A DNA stretch of 62,165 nucleotides, counting the filler, from Dimorphilus gyrociliatus (taxonomy: Eukaryota > Animalia > Annelida): assembly GCA_904063045.1 (NCBI GenBank). It is 4 parts of 4 records of this genome, joined end to end, with 100 filler letters (N's around TTAATTAATTAA, not from the genome) between each part and the next. Parts side by side here need not be neighbours in the genome. Positions count along the whole stretch, not along the records: positions 1 to 27,338 come from CAJFCJ010000149.1; 3 more parts are not named here. The stretch is one strand, 5' to 3'. The number at the start of each line of letters is the position of its first letter. Position 1 is the first letter of the stretch. Shown here piece by piece: positions 13,071-25,968 of the stretch. Position numbers and translations under genes: made by a program. The notes beneath the pieces were generated by a model. It was not told the DNA's origin. It made no database searches and saw only the letters and a program-made list of their open reading frames with translations.

Positions 13071-15559
13071 TTTGAGGGATCAAAAATATAAAATACAAGA
13101 ACCCTAGAAAAAATGATCTGTTGGTCATTCCTAATTCAAAAAACTAACCAACCATGTTTCTATTTCATAATTGAAAGGAAAAAACTGTGTTGCTGTAAAG
13201 ATTTGAGAAAGTCAGATTACTATCAAATTAAGAATTGGTGTTCTTCGATGTAATTGAAAGATAAATACACCAGAATAGAGAAGTCTCTGACAATGAATGA
13301 TATGCTTTTTCACAGTATCTTATCAAACAGAGCACAAATTCTCCTAATTGCTCAGAAACGCTCTAGAAAAACAGACAGACCAAACATAGGATACATTTTA
13401 GAATATGCTATTGCATAATACCTTAGAAAAAGTATTTCTTGTAAATGTTTTAATATTATTATTTTTTTTATTTTTCCAAGCATAATAGATATTTTTCATT
13501 TGAACGATAAAAATAATCTTCAGTATTTTCATATATTTATTTTTTGTAAGATTATAAGGATTGGCATCATCAAGTTACAGTTAATCATCTGGTAATTGTA
13601 CCATTGAAACATATCAGTAATCAATACATATAACTGAGAAATTACCACATGCTTTATCACACAGGACCTGAAAAGTTTAAAAGCTCAAAAATCAACATGG
13701 AATTTGTAAAAGGTTCTCAAATGAAATAAGCCACATCAAAGCTTATGGTATATCTTCAATTTTCTATCAGGTATTTCATATCATTGTATTAATGACTTTC
13801 TGCAAATAATCTCGCTGGAAATCCTTGTTGCTTCTGTCTTCATATTGAAGTGGTAATATGTTATGTTATGTTTACAATAAATTGAAAATGTGGATGTTTG
13901 CCCATTTTGGATGTAAAAAATCAATGAAAACATACAGATTTGACATTTTATTTTGAACAAATCATCCAAGGTTCAAAAAGTCAAATTCTTTTTCCCATGT
14001 TGGGATTTGTTGGCTGAAAAATTTTTTTGGCAAAAAACATCTCATCAATTAGATTTTAAATCGATAAAAGTTAAAAATAATTTAAAAAATTAAAGATTCT
14101 TCTTTTGAATCTTCAAGCCTAATGCCTTTGTAAATCTATAATCTTAGTACTTATAAATTGTGATTACTATTTAGAATAGGATTTTGGAAACATAATTTAT
14201 AATCTATTTGAGTGATGCAATCAAAGGATTTGACTCTTATATTCCATATATAGGTGATATATACTGTTACCATAAATGGAACATCTACATTTATATCGTG
14301 ATGATTTAAATGAGATTTGCCAAACCAATGACCAAAACATCTGAGATTACTTTATCTTCTAGTCAGGGATGCTTGAAATCGATTCAAATTTTGTGGGCTA
14401 CTAGATGGTTTTTTGTTAAATCGTTTCAAGAAAACAGATGAAAAAATCTAGTAAAATTGTGAAATCATTGAGAATTTTTGAATAAAATCAAAATTTTCAA
14501 CATTCTATTGCTCACAATATTTTTTTATCAAAGTGTTTCAGACCAAACAAACATTAAATTAATATAACTTTTGTGTATCTTTTGGTCCTCAACACAGCAT
14601 ACATCCATCTGATTTCAAATCTGTTTTTTTTGCTTATTTAAAGTTTTTTAAAAAGTTTACTTTATAGACAAGAAATTATGTGTATTTTGAGTCATCAAGA
14701 CCAGTTCTTTGATAAAAGCTCTTTATAAATGGCGTTTCTCATTAAATGGTAGCAATCCATTTCACTTTTTGCTTGTTGGTGTTTTATTTGACTTTTTCTT
14801 ACAGGAAACCCTTAGTTGAGAGCCAGGCAGACTCAGACCTTGATTTTACTGTAGAATAAAAACCCTAGACATTAAAAAGAGGTTGCCAGGAAGCATGATT
14901 TTCTATCATTAAAGCCATGTTTGATATAAAGGTGATCAATACTTGCCAAAACTCTAAGAAAATGGCCTTTTCCTGAACTTTAAGAAATTTTATGGCTATT
15001 AGAAACAATACCGTTGGTTATCAGCCATGCAAAAGCTGAATGTTTTGTTATCATGAGATTTTTTACATGATATGACGATTTATTGTAGGTGGCTGTAACA
15101 AGATTCAAAATTAGCAAGTTGTTATTAACACATTCCAACTGTACTGATCAGGCAGAATCAAGAATAAAATGATCATTTTCTCCAAACCACTTACTAATTT
15201 ACTGAAAGCAATTCTAATCACAAGCAAGTGACATGTCTGTATACATATAAAAATGATATATTTTAAAAAAATCATAATAAACCATCCATGTCATGAGGGA
15301 TTTCAATTGCCACTGCTCGCAATTTGAGATTATAAGATTTTGACTACATTTTTGCACATGAATTTTTTGGAATTTTAACCAGGCCCCAAGTGGAACAGAA
15401 TTGATGAACAGAATAAACAAAAGCATAAATTTTAAGATGTTTATTTTATTCTTGTATAAAGATAAGAGTTTAGACTTCATTATTATTTAAAAAGATAAGA
15501 GATTCTACAAAAAATTTAATAAGTGCTTGTCTACAACACCAAAAATGTCGACCAGGACC

Positions 15560-15720
15560 AATTTTTCGGTGAATGCCATATGATTTTATACGAAAAGTGT
15601 TTATTTACATGCTTACACCTTAGAAATGTGTTCTTCTTTTAAATGGCATCTACACAAGAGCATTCTACTATCCTAGCATATCTTGGTTTTTCAACTCTGA
15701 TTAAACATCTTTTACACCTT
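15560..15720 (-). pseudogene. SWIM zinc-finger-like remnant
   Basis: Minus strand: VEKPRYARIVECSCVDAI*KKNTFLRCKH (CxC...CKH). Confidence 0.3.
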
Positions 15721-16929
15721 ATTATTTATTGGACTTAAAATTGGTACAGAGAATCATTAAATGAAACAAATATCAGCCCTGGCTTTTAGACTTTTTTAAG
15801 AAATATAATGATTTTTTCGATTATTATTAGATTATTCAAAATATCTTCAAAGTAATATTTTCAATAGATATACAATGCCAATTGATTGTAAACAGGATCA
15901 TAAAGACGAACCAGCAATTTTTATCTGTACGGCACAACAGCACTGATTTTTGACTAATTATTTTAATTGTAAGGAGCAGGATCAAATCTTCATCTTGGCC
16001 ATGTGCTGTAGTTTTTTCGAATGGAATTAAATCTACAGCACGCCACCTTCATTAAAAAGGCCAAAAATGTGTTTCATTTTAGATGAGATGAGTTTTTTGA
16101 CACCAAATGCAAATTTTTCATATAAACACATTTGAAATGGCCTGGCCCGCTTTTGAACTTCCAACCAAGAAAATTGTATTTTAAGACCATCAATCAAGAA
16201 TTAAAAATTCTTAAAAGAAAATGGCTGAGACATTTTATGAAAATGAACACTTCTTTCATTCAATATGAGAGAGTTGAAACCAAACTGAGATGACTTTACA
16301 AAACATTAAGGCTCATTCAAGTCTGCCAGATATTTATACCAGCACAGATGTGATTTCAAGCTGTGCATTTGTTCTCATTGGACATTTATGGTCCCTAATT
16401 ACACATTCTATTTTCAAATAGATGGCTCATATAATAAAAATATTCTCATGAATAACACAAATCATGAAATGATCTAGAATATTTCTAAAAATGTAAATGA
16501 ATTAGAAATTTTGTAACTCCTACATGGAAAGGTAGCCAACAATATCGCACTTAAGGCCCAAGTGGTTTAATTATTCTCAAATACAACTGTGGGCACCAGG
16601 CCACATGATAATTTCAATTGGCCAGTTAGACTAGAACTAATCAAGGAACATGTTGGACATCGCTGGTTTGAGCAATTAATATTACAAGAAACAATGCCTA
16701 CTACCATTCAAATTGCCCTTTCTGTAAAATAAATTGTATAAAATCTTATCATCATTTACTCAGAGATTTTCTGATTGCTTTTTTATGGAATTACATTCAA
16801 ATTCAATACCTACATCTTTAAAGTGATTTATATGACTCAATAATGAGACCATAGACAAATCTTCACATTTTTGTGGAAAAAGAAAAATGTTCAGAATGAA
16901 ATTAGACTTTTTATTTTTGAATGAAGAAT

Positions 16930-17368
16930 TGTCTATTCTCGTTCTGGATTGGTCTTTAGATTTAATTCCCGAATCGAGAACGTACAATTCTGGGTCTGGA
17001 TTAATCTTTAGATTTAATTTTTGAATCAAGAATCGACCATTCTGGTTCTGGATAACCCAATGTCCAGTCCTAGGACTGAATCTAGAATCAACTGTTCTCA
17101 TTCATGATAACCCAATGTCCAGTCCTAGGACTGAATCTAGAATCAAACATTCTCGTTCTCGATAACCCAATGTCCAGTCCTAGGACTGAATCGAGAATCA
17201 AACATTCTTATTCTCGATAACCCAATGTCAACCATTCTCGTTCTCGATAACCCAATGTCGAGTCCTAGGACTGAATCTAGAGTCAACCATTCCTGTTCTC
17301 TATAACCCAATGTCCAGTCCAAGGACTGAATCTAGAATCAAACATTCTTGTTCTCAATAACCCAATGT
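16930..17368. repeat. 55-bp tandem minisatellite (~8 units, one truncated) with an internal 14-bp palindrome
   Basis: (G/T/A)ATAACCCAATGT recurs at 17051, 17106, 17161, 17216, 17246, 17301 and 17356. The unit contains the perfect palindrome CAGTCCTAGGACTG. Two diverged units lie at 16930-17040. Confidence 0.9.
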
Positions 17369-17869
17369 ATTGTTATAAGTTGTACAAATCCCTTTGGAGA
17401 TAAAAAATTTTTCCTTCAGTTGGAAGACCTCCTCCCCAAGAAGCCAGCAGAGAAACCATTGTCGGATAACATACTTACTTTATTTATTTTTGTCCATTAT
17501 ATTTTATATTTTGAAACATTTTTTGTGTCAGTCATATCATCCTGACATTTCAGATCACCAGATCCACCAAAACCATCTAAAAGCCAGGTTCTGGACATCC
17601 TCAAATAATTAAATGAACAGTCTGAAATATAAATAACTACACGATTTTCCTCCTCTATACCACTATCAGAATAAAAAAAATCATTCATTTCTTGCATTAT
17701 TATGTAAACAATAGGGCTATGCTATGCCATGTTTAATATAAAAAATCATAATTATTTTCTATATAAAATCTCTTTCATTTTGATATATATAAAACAGTCA
17801 TTTTATCTATAGTATACCTGGAACACTAATTTTTCAGCTCCCCCTAGAAATGATACCCAAGGAATCAAA

Positions 17870-20430
17870 TATAAAGATGGACTTTTTGATATTTAACATG
17901 TTATTTTTTGAAGATTATGCCAGAAATGTATATCAATATATGGAGAATCTTGATTTAAAGATTGGGTCTATGTGTGATGAGCAATTTGATGAAAATTTTC
18001 AAATGAGATGAGAATGTTTCGTTTGGCCTACTAAATTTATTTCTCAAAGATCTTTATATTTTTTTTATACTTTATATCACTTATTAGTACTTATCGTGAA
18101 ATGAGAGAAAATTTTGGGATGCCTCGCACAACAATTCATCAATTTATAAATGAAATGGCCGAAAAACTAGCATTAATTGCACATGAAGTGGTTTGTTTCC
18201 CTTCTGAAGAGAAGTTTGGCTCACTCAAGAATGGGTTTATGCATTTTGTGTCTATAAGAGGTGCGATACTGACTATTGATGGGACGCATATTTGAATTTG
18301 CAGTTCATCTGTAGGGACCCAAGTTAGGGTGCAAATTTAGGGTGCAAAATAAAAATCAAAAAAAAAGTAAATTAATATTCTTTATTCATTTCTCTCTTGA
18401 ATATTTACTATTGATCGCATTAATGTTCCTAAATGTATTGAAAGAGTGTTTTGTCGTCTTTCAGATAACAAATTGCATAACGTACTGAAAGATAGCTCGA
18501 CAGCTGTTGTAGTCAAATTCGAATATTTATACTCACAATAATCCCAATCAATGGTTTTGTAATTTTGTAATAGATGTTGAACATCTGGATTCTTGCCCAT
18601 TATATCAGTAAATCGTGACCTCATCCAATCATTTTCCAACTTGTCACGTACATTCTTAATGATTTTGATTTGTTTTTGTGTTGACAAATTTTCTGATTCT
18701 AGCAATGTTATACCATGTGAAACAAACTTATGGTGTGCTACAAATCTTATCTGATGGAATTATCATTTTTGGTTATCAGTTTCTTTATTTTTTGGTATTT
18801 AATCACCAATTTAAAAATAAAATTGTTGTTAAAACTCCAATTATCAAAAATGAAAACACAACAGTCAATCCAGGTGCACCATTGTGTTTTGATAGGGAAT
18901 TTTGGTAGTGGTAGACGAGTAACTTGTTTATAAATCGCCTTGTTTCCTTTATTATTTAGCAAAGTTTTTTTTAGAAGTGATACTGGCTTATTAGCAAACT
19001 TTGAATTTTTACGTAATGTTTCTGCTAAATTATGTAAATTGTGTGCTAGGCAAATATAGTGTTTTTATCCTGGATAAAATTCCTTGATTAACTTGCCACC
19101 TTTTTTACAATAAGCAGCACCATCAGAAACTATCGAAACAAAGTTGCAGCTATATCTTGGTTCCTGAATTAAAAAGCTGTTTATAATTGTAAGAATCTCT
19201 CTTGAAACAGCTTCCGCATTGGTTTGTTCAATCTCAATTGTATCGATCAATAAAATTTTTTCTTCAGGACCATTTTCATGTTTTGCCATAATATTTGAAA
19301 GACTTCGATTTTCAATTGTGCTCTCATCAAAATATACTGAAAATGGATGGCTGTAAAAGTGGTTTCTTATTGCTGTTAGTTGGGCTGGTTTGTGAGTTTT
19401 ATATGTGAATTCCTATATGCCAGTGCCGATTTGATTTTAAAATGAAAGTTTTCTCTAAAAAACTCTTTTATATGTAAATTATCAAAATTATGAGGTGCTA
19501 TACCAGCAGCCAGAAAAGATGTAACCAAATTTTGATGAATGGCCTCGTCATCACGAGATTCTGCATCACTAATTCTTTTGACTTTGAACATTGCATTTTT
19601 TCTGTGTTTTTTGTTGAAAGATGATTGTTCACAATTGCAATATGTTTTTTTTTATTTTTCAAAATCGTGCAATTGCTAATTTTACAGTCAAAAAAGTTTA
19701 TATTTTCAGTCAAAAAGTCAAACTTTTCAATATAACTCAAAAGGAAACCCTTTTTCATTATTGTCAGGTTCAGGTTCTGTCATTTGAAATTTTAGGGTGC
19801 ACATTTTTTTTAAAAAATCATTACTGCTTAAAAAGTGCCACCAAAAATCACCAAAAAAAAAAATTTTCTATCAATTAGAATTTATTGGAAGCATTTTCAC
19901 ATCCATTCATTCTTGAAAGGAAATTTTTCATTCAATTTAACCCCTGTTGGTTCATTTTGCACACTAACTTGGGACCCTATCCATCTGTCAATGACCCATT
20001 TAATTATTATAATTGAAAACAGTTTTTTTTCTATTTCAATTGTTTGTCTCTTTGATCATAAATTAGGATGCCGAGGAATGACATATGGCTACAGAAGGAA
20101 TCATGATGCTCGAATTTTACGAAATTCAAATTTACTTGAAAAAGTTGAAGCCATTCAAACACCTGGCACATGGATTTTAGGAGATTCTGCATTTGGTAAC
20201 TTCACAAACATACCTACAACAACCTCTACAATTCGGGACCCACTTGATATAACAATGATAAGAAGTTTTACGACACAAAGAGTAACCAGTGAACATGCTT
20301 TTGGCCTTTTCAAAAACAAGTTTTAATTTTTTAGTGGAAGAGTATACAATGGACACACACAGAAATCCTTCAAAATACTTAAAGCAAGTGTTTTCTTGCA
20401 TAATTTCATATTTGATAATAATATAAGCCA
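17870..20430 (+). pseudogene. Harbinger (HARBI1-like) DDE transposase, interrupted by hAT
   Basis: GAILTIDGTHI at ~18270-18295. After the insertion: RNHDARILRNSNL, WILGDSAF, RVTSEHAFGLFKNKF, ASVFLHNF. Confidence 0.88.
18312..19979 (-). mobile_element. hAT transposon (DUF659/CGGBP1-like transposase remnant)
   Basis: TIRs TAGGG(A/T)CCCAAGTTAG(G/T)GTGCAAA. 8-bp TSD TTCATCTG/TCCATCTG. Minus-strand motifs YFDEST, IVSDGAAYCKKGGKLIKEFYP, CLAH, TTTAVELSFSTL..LLSERR. Confidence 0.88.
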
Positions 20431-20443
20431 ATATAAATAAAAT

Positions 20444-21050
20444 TTATTTATCAGTTTCCTTAGACACATTTTTCTGAATGAGATTTATAATTGTGTCAAT
20501 TTTACTTTCTAGATTAACAATTTTAGAATCAAATTCGCTCCTAGAAATGTAATTTTCTCTCTTTTCTGATACATTTTTGATATACAATTCGAGTGCTTCA
20601 CATTTGATGTCATTTAAGGTTTTATTGTTTTTTTGAACTAGAAAATTCATTTGAACTGTGTGTTGGAGGTAATTCGATCACATCTTGCTCTGTAAGATTA
20701 TCTGATCTTAGATCAGATACATTTTGCATTGTGTCAGTTTCATTTCTGGGATATGTGTCTGAAAATAAATTCCAATATCTCCATACTGGTGGAGCAGCTC
20801 CATTTTTTCTTTGTTCAGTAGCCACATCTTGATATTTGCAAAGAAGTTGTTTGTATTTTGTCTTGGCTTCATGACCATCAACTTTTGGTGTGCACAAATC
20901 TCCTATTTCCTTCCAACATTCACATGTTTTATGTTTATTTTACTTTGTTCTCTCAAAATTTTCAATAATATCAATGGAATGCTTGATTTTGATCAATTGT
21001 TCCATATTTTTTTGATTCCACTTAAAAATACTCACCATTTTCAAAAACTG
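20444..21050 (-). pseudogene. Harbinger accessory Myb/SANT-like DNA-binding protein
   Basis: WNQKNMEQLIKIK...CWKEIG...AKTKYKQLLCKYQDV...GAAPPVWRYWNLF (trihelix/MADF-like pattern); convergent with the transposase. Confidence 0.75.
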
Positions 21051-23521
21051 TATCTATAGTCAGGGGCATTTATATTTTATTATAGATAGTAAATGTTTTA
21101 TCTATAAAAAAATATTGGAACAGTTGTTTTTTATATATGGACTTTTTTATATGTATAAAGAAATTATAAAAAAAGAAAAAAAAAGAACATCGAGGTATTA
21201 AATTGTAATTTTCAGGAAGAAAAGTTTATTAAGGCATATTTAATTATATAAAACAAAAAAGAGAGGTTTACAGGCTGTGAATCAAAGAATTCCAATTTAT
21301 AATTTTTATATATATGTAAAATGGGACAGCCCTAATTAGGAATATTTTAATTTTCAGCTCAAACCCTGCAAATTGCTGATTTTTAATCCTTGTTGCTTAA
21401 TCTCTTAATGTTTTCATTCTTGGTAGAAACCCTGAAACATCAGTATCTGTTTGGTGGCTATTTTCAGTTGTGATTGTTCGTGACTTTTCTCTTGTTTTAA
21501 CATCTATTTTCACTTTCAGGGCAAGATTTTTTGCTAAATTGCTTCTATCTTAATCATGGAGTCTTGCATTAATTATTCTATTATCTTGTAAAAACAGTCA
21601 ACCCTTACACGATCGTATGGTGCATCTACAAGTTTGAACGTAGGTTTCAACATTTAAATTCTATTTGTCATAAGACCAGTCTTGGTGTAAAAGAACCCAA
21701 GAGTTTCTTCTTTGACCTGAAATGATTTCAAAATCAATTCTATTTCATTCTTCTGATAAATTTGGGACATTTGAATTTGTTTCTTCATTGTTTGATGAAT
21801 TTTGTGAATCCATCCTCTTATGGGTAAGAGTCGAAATTTTTAAAAAACACCCCCCATCGAAAAAGTGTTGACTCGCCGAGTTGGTAAGTGTAGCCGTTGT
21901 TCCTGTACATCTCCCTTGCCTTTTCTCTGAGGGGATCCATAAAAAACTTTATTTATAATCGAAGAAAAAATGGAAGGAACAAGTAAAAACCTGGTTACCA
22001 CAGAGAAGAAATCTAATGAAATTGTTTAAACATCATCTTGTGTTTTTTTTTTGAATCTGCACAAAGCAGGTATCAAGGCTTGCAATGAGCCACACTCCCA
22101 AAGGTGGTTTCATTTGTCAATTTGAAAATAATAAATTTTGTAGAATGTCCTTCACCTTTTTTCTTCTTGATTTCTGACATGATTTGGGTCTCAAAAAACA
22201 AAAGAATCTTTGTGTCAATGTATTATCAGATTTGGCTTTTGCAGAGATACTCAATGAACAAGCAAGAGCAAAGGAAATTCAGTTTTAGCATATTTGTATC
22301 AATTTTAAAAACACTCAAAGTTATTACAGAAAATCCCCTCAGACTACTTAAAAAATGCTTGCTGTCCACTGTTTGTCCAGCCCTGATATGATAGATATGG
22401 AGAGTTGATATTCTTTTACAGTTGAAATAAAAAATATAACAGAAAATAAATCCTGTATAATCCTTGAAGAACAATGGCTCATTGTCTATCTGTCTCAGGT
22501 CAAGATTATTTCTGGTGATTGAAAGCAACCTATCGGAAAGAAATTTAAATCTCTTATGCCCTACTACAAAATCAAAAAGCTCAAATGCATTCGGTATAAT
22601 TCAAGTGGAAACTGGGTTCTTAAACGTCACACACATCTATTTTACTGAATTACTAATTTAAACTGATACATCGCTGTCTTTGGCCCTTAATCTTATCAAT
22701 AATCACTTAATGTATCATTTATCACTTCTCTTTGATCTTGCTTCTCAAAGAAGCCCTTTGGACGTGCTAAATATACACCAGCGCCACTGGAAAACATTTT
22801 AGAACTCATTGAAAGGGCAGGAAAAATCAAAAACTGACTGGTCTCAAAAAGGCAAATTTTTTACAACAAGAGTAGAATATCATTTCTTCTGAAGGAAAGA
22901 AGGTGTGTCGTAGTGTGTTGCATGATAACGGGGTGCTCTTTGAGTTAAATACTCAAATATTTTCACCCCTCAATTTCAAGAATAAACATGTCAGATTCTA
23001 ATCCGTTTCTTCCAGGCTTAATGTCCGACAAGGTGTTTATACATAGCCGAGACACCTTTAAACCAGAACCTGTTTTTGATTGTCCTTATAAGGTAATCCA
23101 AGATTTTTCCCGATTATAACCATCTTACTGTTCAAAAAGGTGAAGATATGGTCAAGACCACTTTCAGAGCGATAAATCCATTTAAGAGGAGGAGACTATT
23201 TTGCCAACAAGGCACAAATGACAATTATCAGTCATCATTTTCCTTATTTGTTAGATCTAATATTTTGATGCCTATTGATCTTATCGATAATCTTTCTTTT
23301 TGTCAAGCATATAAGACACCATCTCAATGAACCAATGATTTTTTACTAAAGGAATTTTTACTTCTTTCAGTGCTTGTGCTGCACACCAGTTTTCTGTCTT
23401 TTTATTTAATGTTTTCTCTTGAGAACAATGATTAAGAAGTTATGAATTACAATTTCAACAAAAGACCCTTCACCTCAAATATCGATAACACACCCAGTAG
23501 CCTCTATGAGAGACACTTGAG

Positions 23522-25336
23522 CAGGGGTGTGGACGCACCGCACCAAGAGCGCACCACACCGCACCAACTGGTTGACATTTTCATAGGAATCACCAATCAG
23601 TATGGCAGGCTGATAATTTCTTTGAAAATTTAGAAATTAAAAAGGCGAATTTCTTTTGAAAAAAAGATGAACTCATTGTCACTTTCAATGTTAGCATGTG
23701 CAGAGCCAAGTTTGTATCTATTGTGGACTGGTTTTGTTGTTTGGGACTGCCTTTTTCATCTTTTAGCAGCAAAGAGTTCCAGAGATTGACAGAAAAACAC
23801 AGCAAAGCACTCCATTGTTATCCAAATAGGTACAATATACACAAATTAATATTGGATGAATATGAAAACAGAAATATGATTTGAAAAAAATGTACAAGAA
23901 AAGACCAGTTTCTTTACTCTTAGACAGTGCAACTTTTCCGGAACATACTTTCTTTGTGTTAATGTGCAGTTTTTCGACACCCAAAAAGTTAGACTTTTTA
24001 ATTTGGGTTGAAGACAAGTTAAGATAAGATGTACAGCAGCAAATTTAAAAACCTTTCTAGACAATCTATTGATTGAGTTTTGGATCGAGGAGTCTCAGAT
24101 AATTGCAATAACAACAGACAACGCAGCGAATTACTTAAGCATCACTAAACTTTTCAATGAGCAGAAGGAAAAGTCTAGCTCAGAAGACAAAAACAAAATA
24201 TCGCCCAATGATTTGCCAGAAATCAATGAAAATCTCAATGAGGTAAATTGTGCTGAAATGGATCTATGCATTGACTTCTTTTGCAGAATGTAAGCAATTT
24301 ATTCTATTCCCTTGTACACACAATACAGCTGGTGGTCAAAGATAGTTTTACCACATTGCCTCAGTTCATATCACACATACAAGAAATTTTGAGAAAAATA
24401 CACATTCTAAGCAACAGAGAACTTTTAGAACAGGAAAAATTATTGAAACCATCACTTGACACCGTCACAAGATGGAATTCTAGTTTCGAAATGGTCAAAA
24501 GTTTGCTCAAAAATGAATCAATATTTGAAAAAATTACCCAAGACAAAAGATCATTCCATATGGCCAAAATGTTTCTGTTTCTTTTCGAACCTGTCATGGT
24601 ATTAACCAAAATTTCGTAGACAAGACAATTGTGCTTCTCAGATTTTGTAAAAGTGTGGCTTGATTGCTAGAATGAAATTAGCAACAAGCCAGAATCTCAA
24701 TTCAAAACAAGACTTCTAAGCAATATGGAATATTGAAGAAATAATTTCATGGAGGAAATAATTGTAGAAATCTCACTTTTTTTGAATCCAAAATGTAAAG
24801 TTTTGGTTCTCACAGGCAACAATGATTTGAGAGCAGTAAAAAGTACGATCCGAACTCTTTTTGTGAAGATAACCTCTATCACCAGCACAAAAGTAAGAGA
24901 AAACAATTGAGTCGAGCAGCCTTCTGTCACAATAGACCAAAAGATATAATCACTTTCACAACTCTTTTACACATCTAAAAGACAAAAAAATCAGCAGGCA
25001 GATGAAATTGAGATAATAACATCAGAAGAAACAAGTGAAATCGATGTCGAAATTATGCAATATCTAAAGCATAATAAAGAATACAAAACTGATATGATGG
25101 GCACTTGGAATATTCCAAAAAAATGTTTTTCCTTGTCTCTATAAAGTTGCAATGGCAGTTCAAGCCATTCCGTCTACACAAATGAGTGTGGAAAGTCTTG
25201 TAAATTTTTTTTACAATCCGAAATGAACCATGATGAAGGATTCAATTCTAAAAGCTCTTCTTTTTTTGAAACTAAATACTAAAGTAGAAAAAATATCTGA
25301 AACATCAGAATCTGATTTGGTGCATCCACACCCCTG
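23522..25336 (+). mobile_element. hAT (Ac/ZBED-like) transposon with degraded transposase
   Basis: 18-bp TIR CAGGGGTGTGGA(C/T)GCACC. Perfect 8-bp TSD CACTTGAG (23514-23521, 25337-25344). Motifs LPFSSF, AITTDNAANY, HTIQLVVKD, DTVTRWNSSFEM. Confidence 0.93.
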
Positions 25337-25829
25337 CACTTGAGGTCTCTGGCTATAAAACCTTGGCACTGCAATATAATGAAAATAATCATATTTCGGA
25401 ACAGAAGATTGCTCTTGAGAAAGCAATATGTCTGTCTAAAGAAAGATTGAAATGAAGTGTTTTCACAAAAATACTCGCGATAAATACTGGATAAAAAGCT
25501 GTATGCTTTAGAACATGGTTTCTTAAACTTCATCTTGGGTGTAACCTTTTTCTAATAAAAGAACTTTTCACTGAACCTAATTCATTTAATCAATTAGACA
25601 TGTGGAATTGTCAATATGCTGTTCCATTTCCATTAAAATCCTTGGTCTCGATAAATCCCAAATATAAAAAGTTTGATTGATAGTTTTTTTGTGAGGTCAC
25701 TCACATACCTGACTCAAGATCAACAGTTTCGGGATCAGATAATTTGATATTTTTTTATCATTAAATCTTTTGATTGTTTTAGTATAATTTTGAAAATACC
25801 CAGTTTGAGACCCCCTGTTTTATATAATG

Positions 25830-25968
25830 TCTTGAATAATGAGAGCAAATCTCTCATCTGGAATGAGGAAGCTAAAATGCTTCGAAACGATTTAAATGAA
25901 ATGCTCAAAAAAATTAGAGTTGAACATGCCAGATTTTAAGAAAACATTTGTCTTGGAAACAGACGCCT
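25830..25968 (+). pseudogene. Gypsy RT/RNase H junction fragment
   Basis: LIWNEEAK...PDFKKTFVLETDAS; abuts the truncated end of the Tc1 remnant. Confidence 0.6.

Larger units (their letters stand above)
17713..21333. mobile_element. PIF/Harbinger DNA transposon (two convergent ORFs) with a nested hAT
   Basis: Ends AGGGCT...AGCCCT flanked by 3-bp AAT duplication (17710-17712, 21334-21336). Contains a Harbinger transposase (+) and a Myb/SANT-like ORF (-). Confidence 0.8.
16280..21815 (-). mobile_element. Degraded FLYWCH-MULE (Mutator-like) transposase gene split by later insertions
   Basis: FLYWCH-like N-terminus at 21540-21815 (FEIISGQRRNSWVLLHQDWSY..CRCTIRSCKG..H). FFYSDSG..RVVIY..TWLLDG at 17570-17700. 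KGFVQLITIH at ~17370-17400. IFLFPQK at ~16880. RTNAQLE and INIW at ~16310-16380. Confidence 0.75.

Noticed and set aside
16760-17101. 113-aa minus-strand ORF as an independent gene
   Set aside because: It is a chance fusion of repeat units with MULE transposase remnant.
16930-17368. CRISPR-like appearance of the 55-bp array
   Set aside because: The variable parts are mostly identical to each other, no cas genes are present, and the context is eukaryotic.
21850-23510. Possible non-LTR retrotransposon zinc-finger remnants on the minus strand
   Set aside because: Only isolated C..C/HIF and WEC-like motifs; no RT motif recognised.
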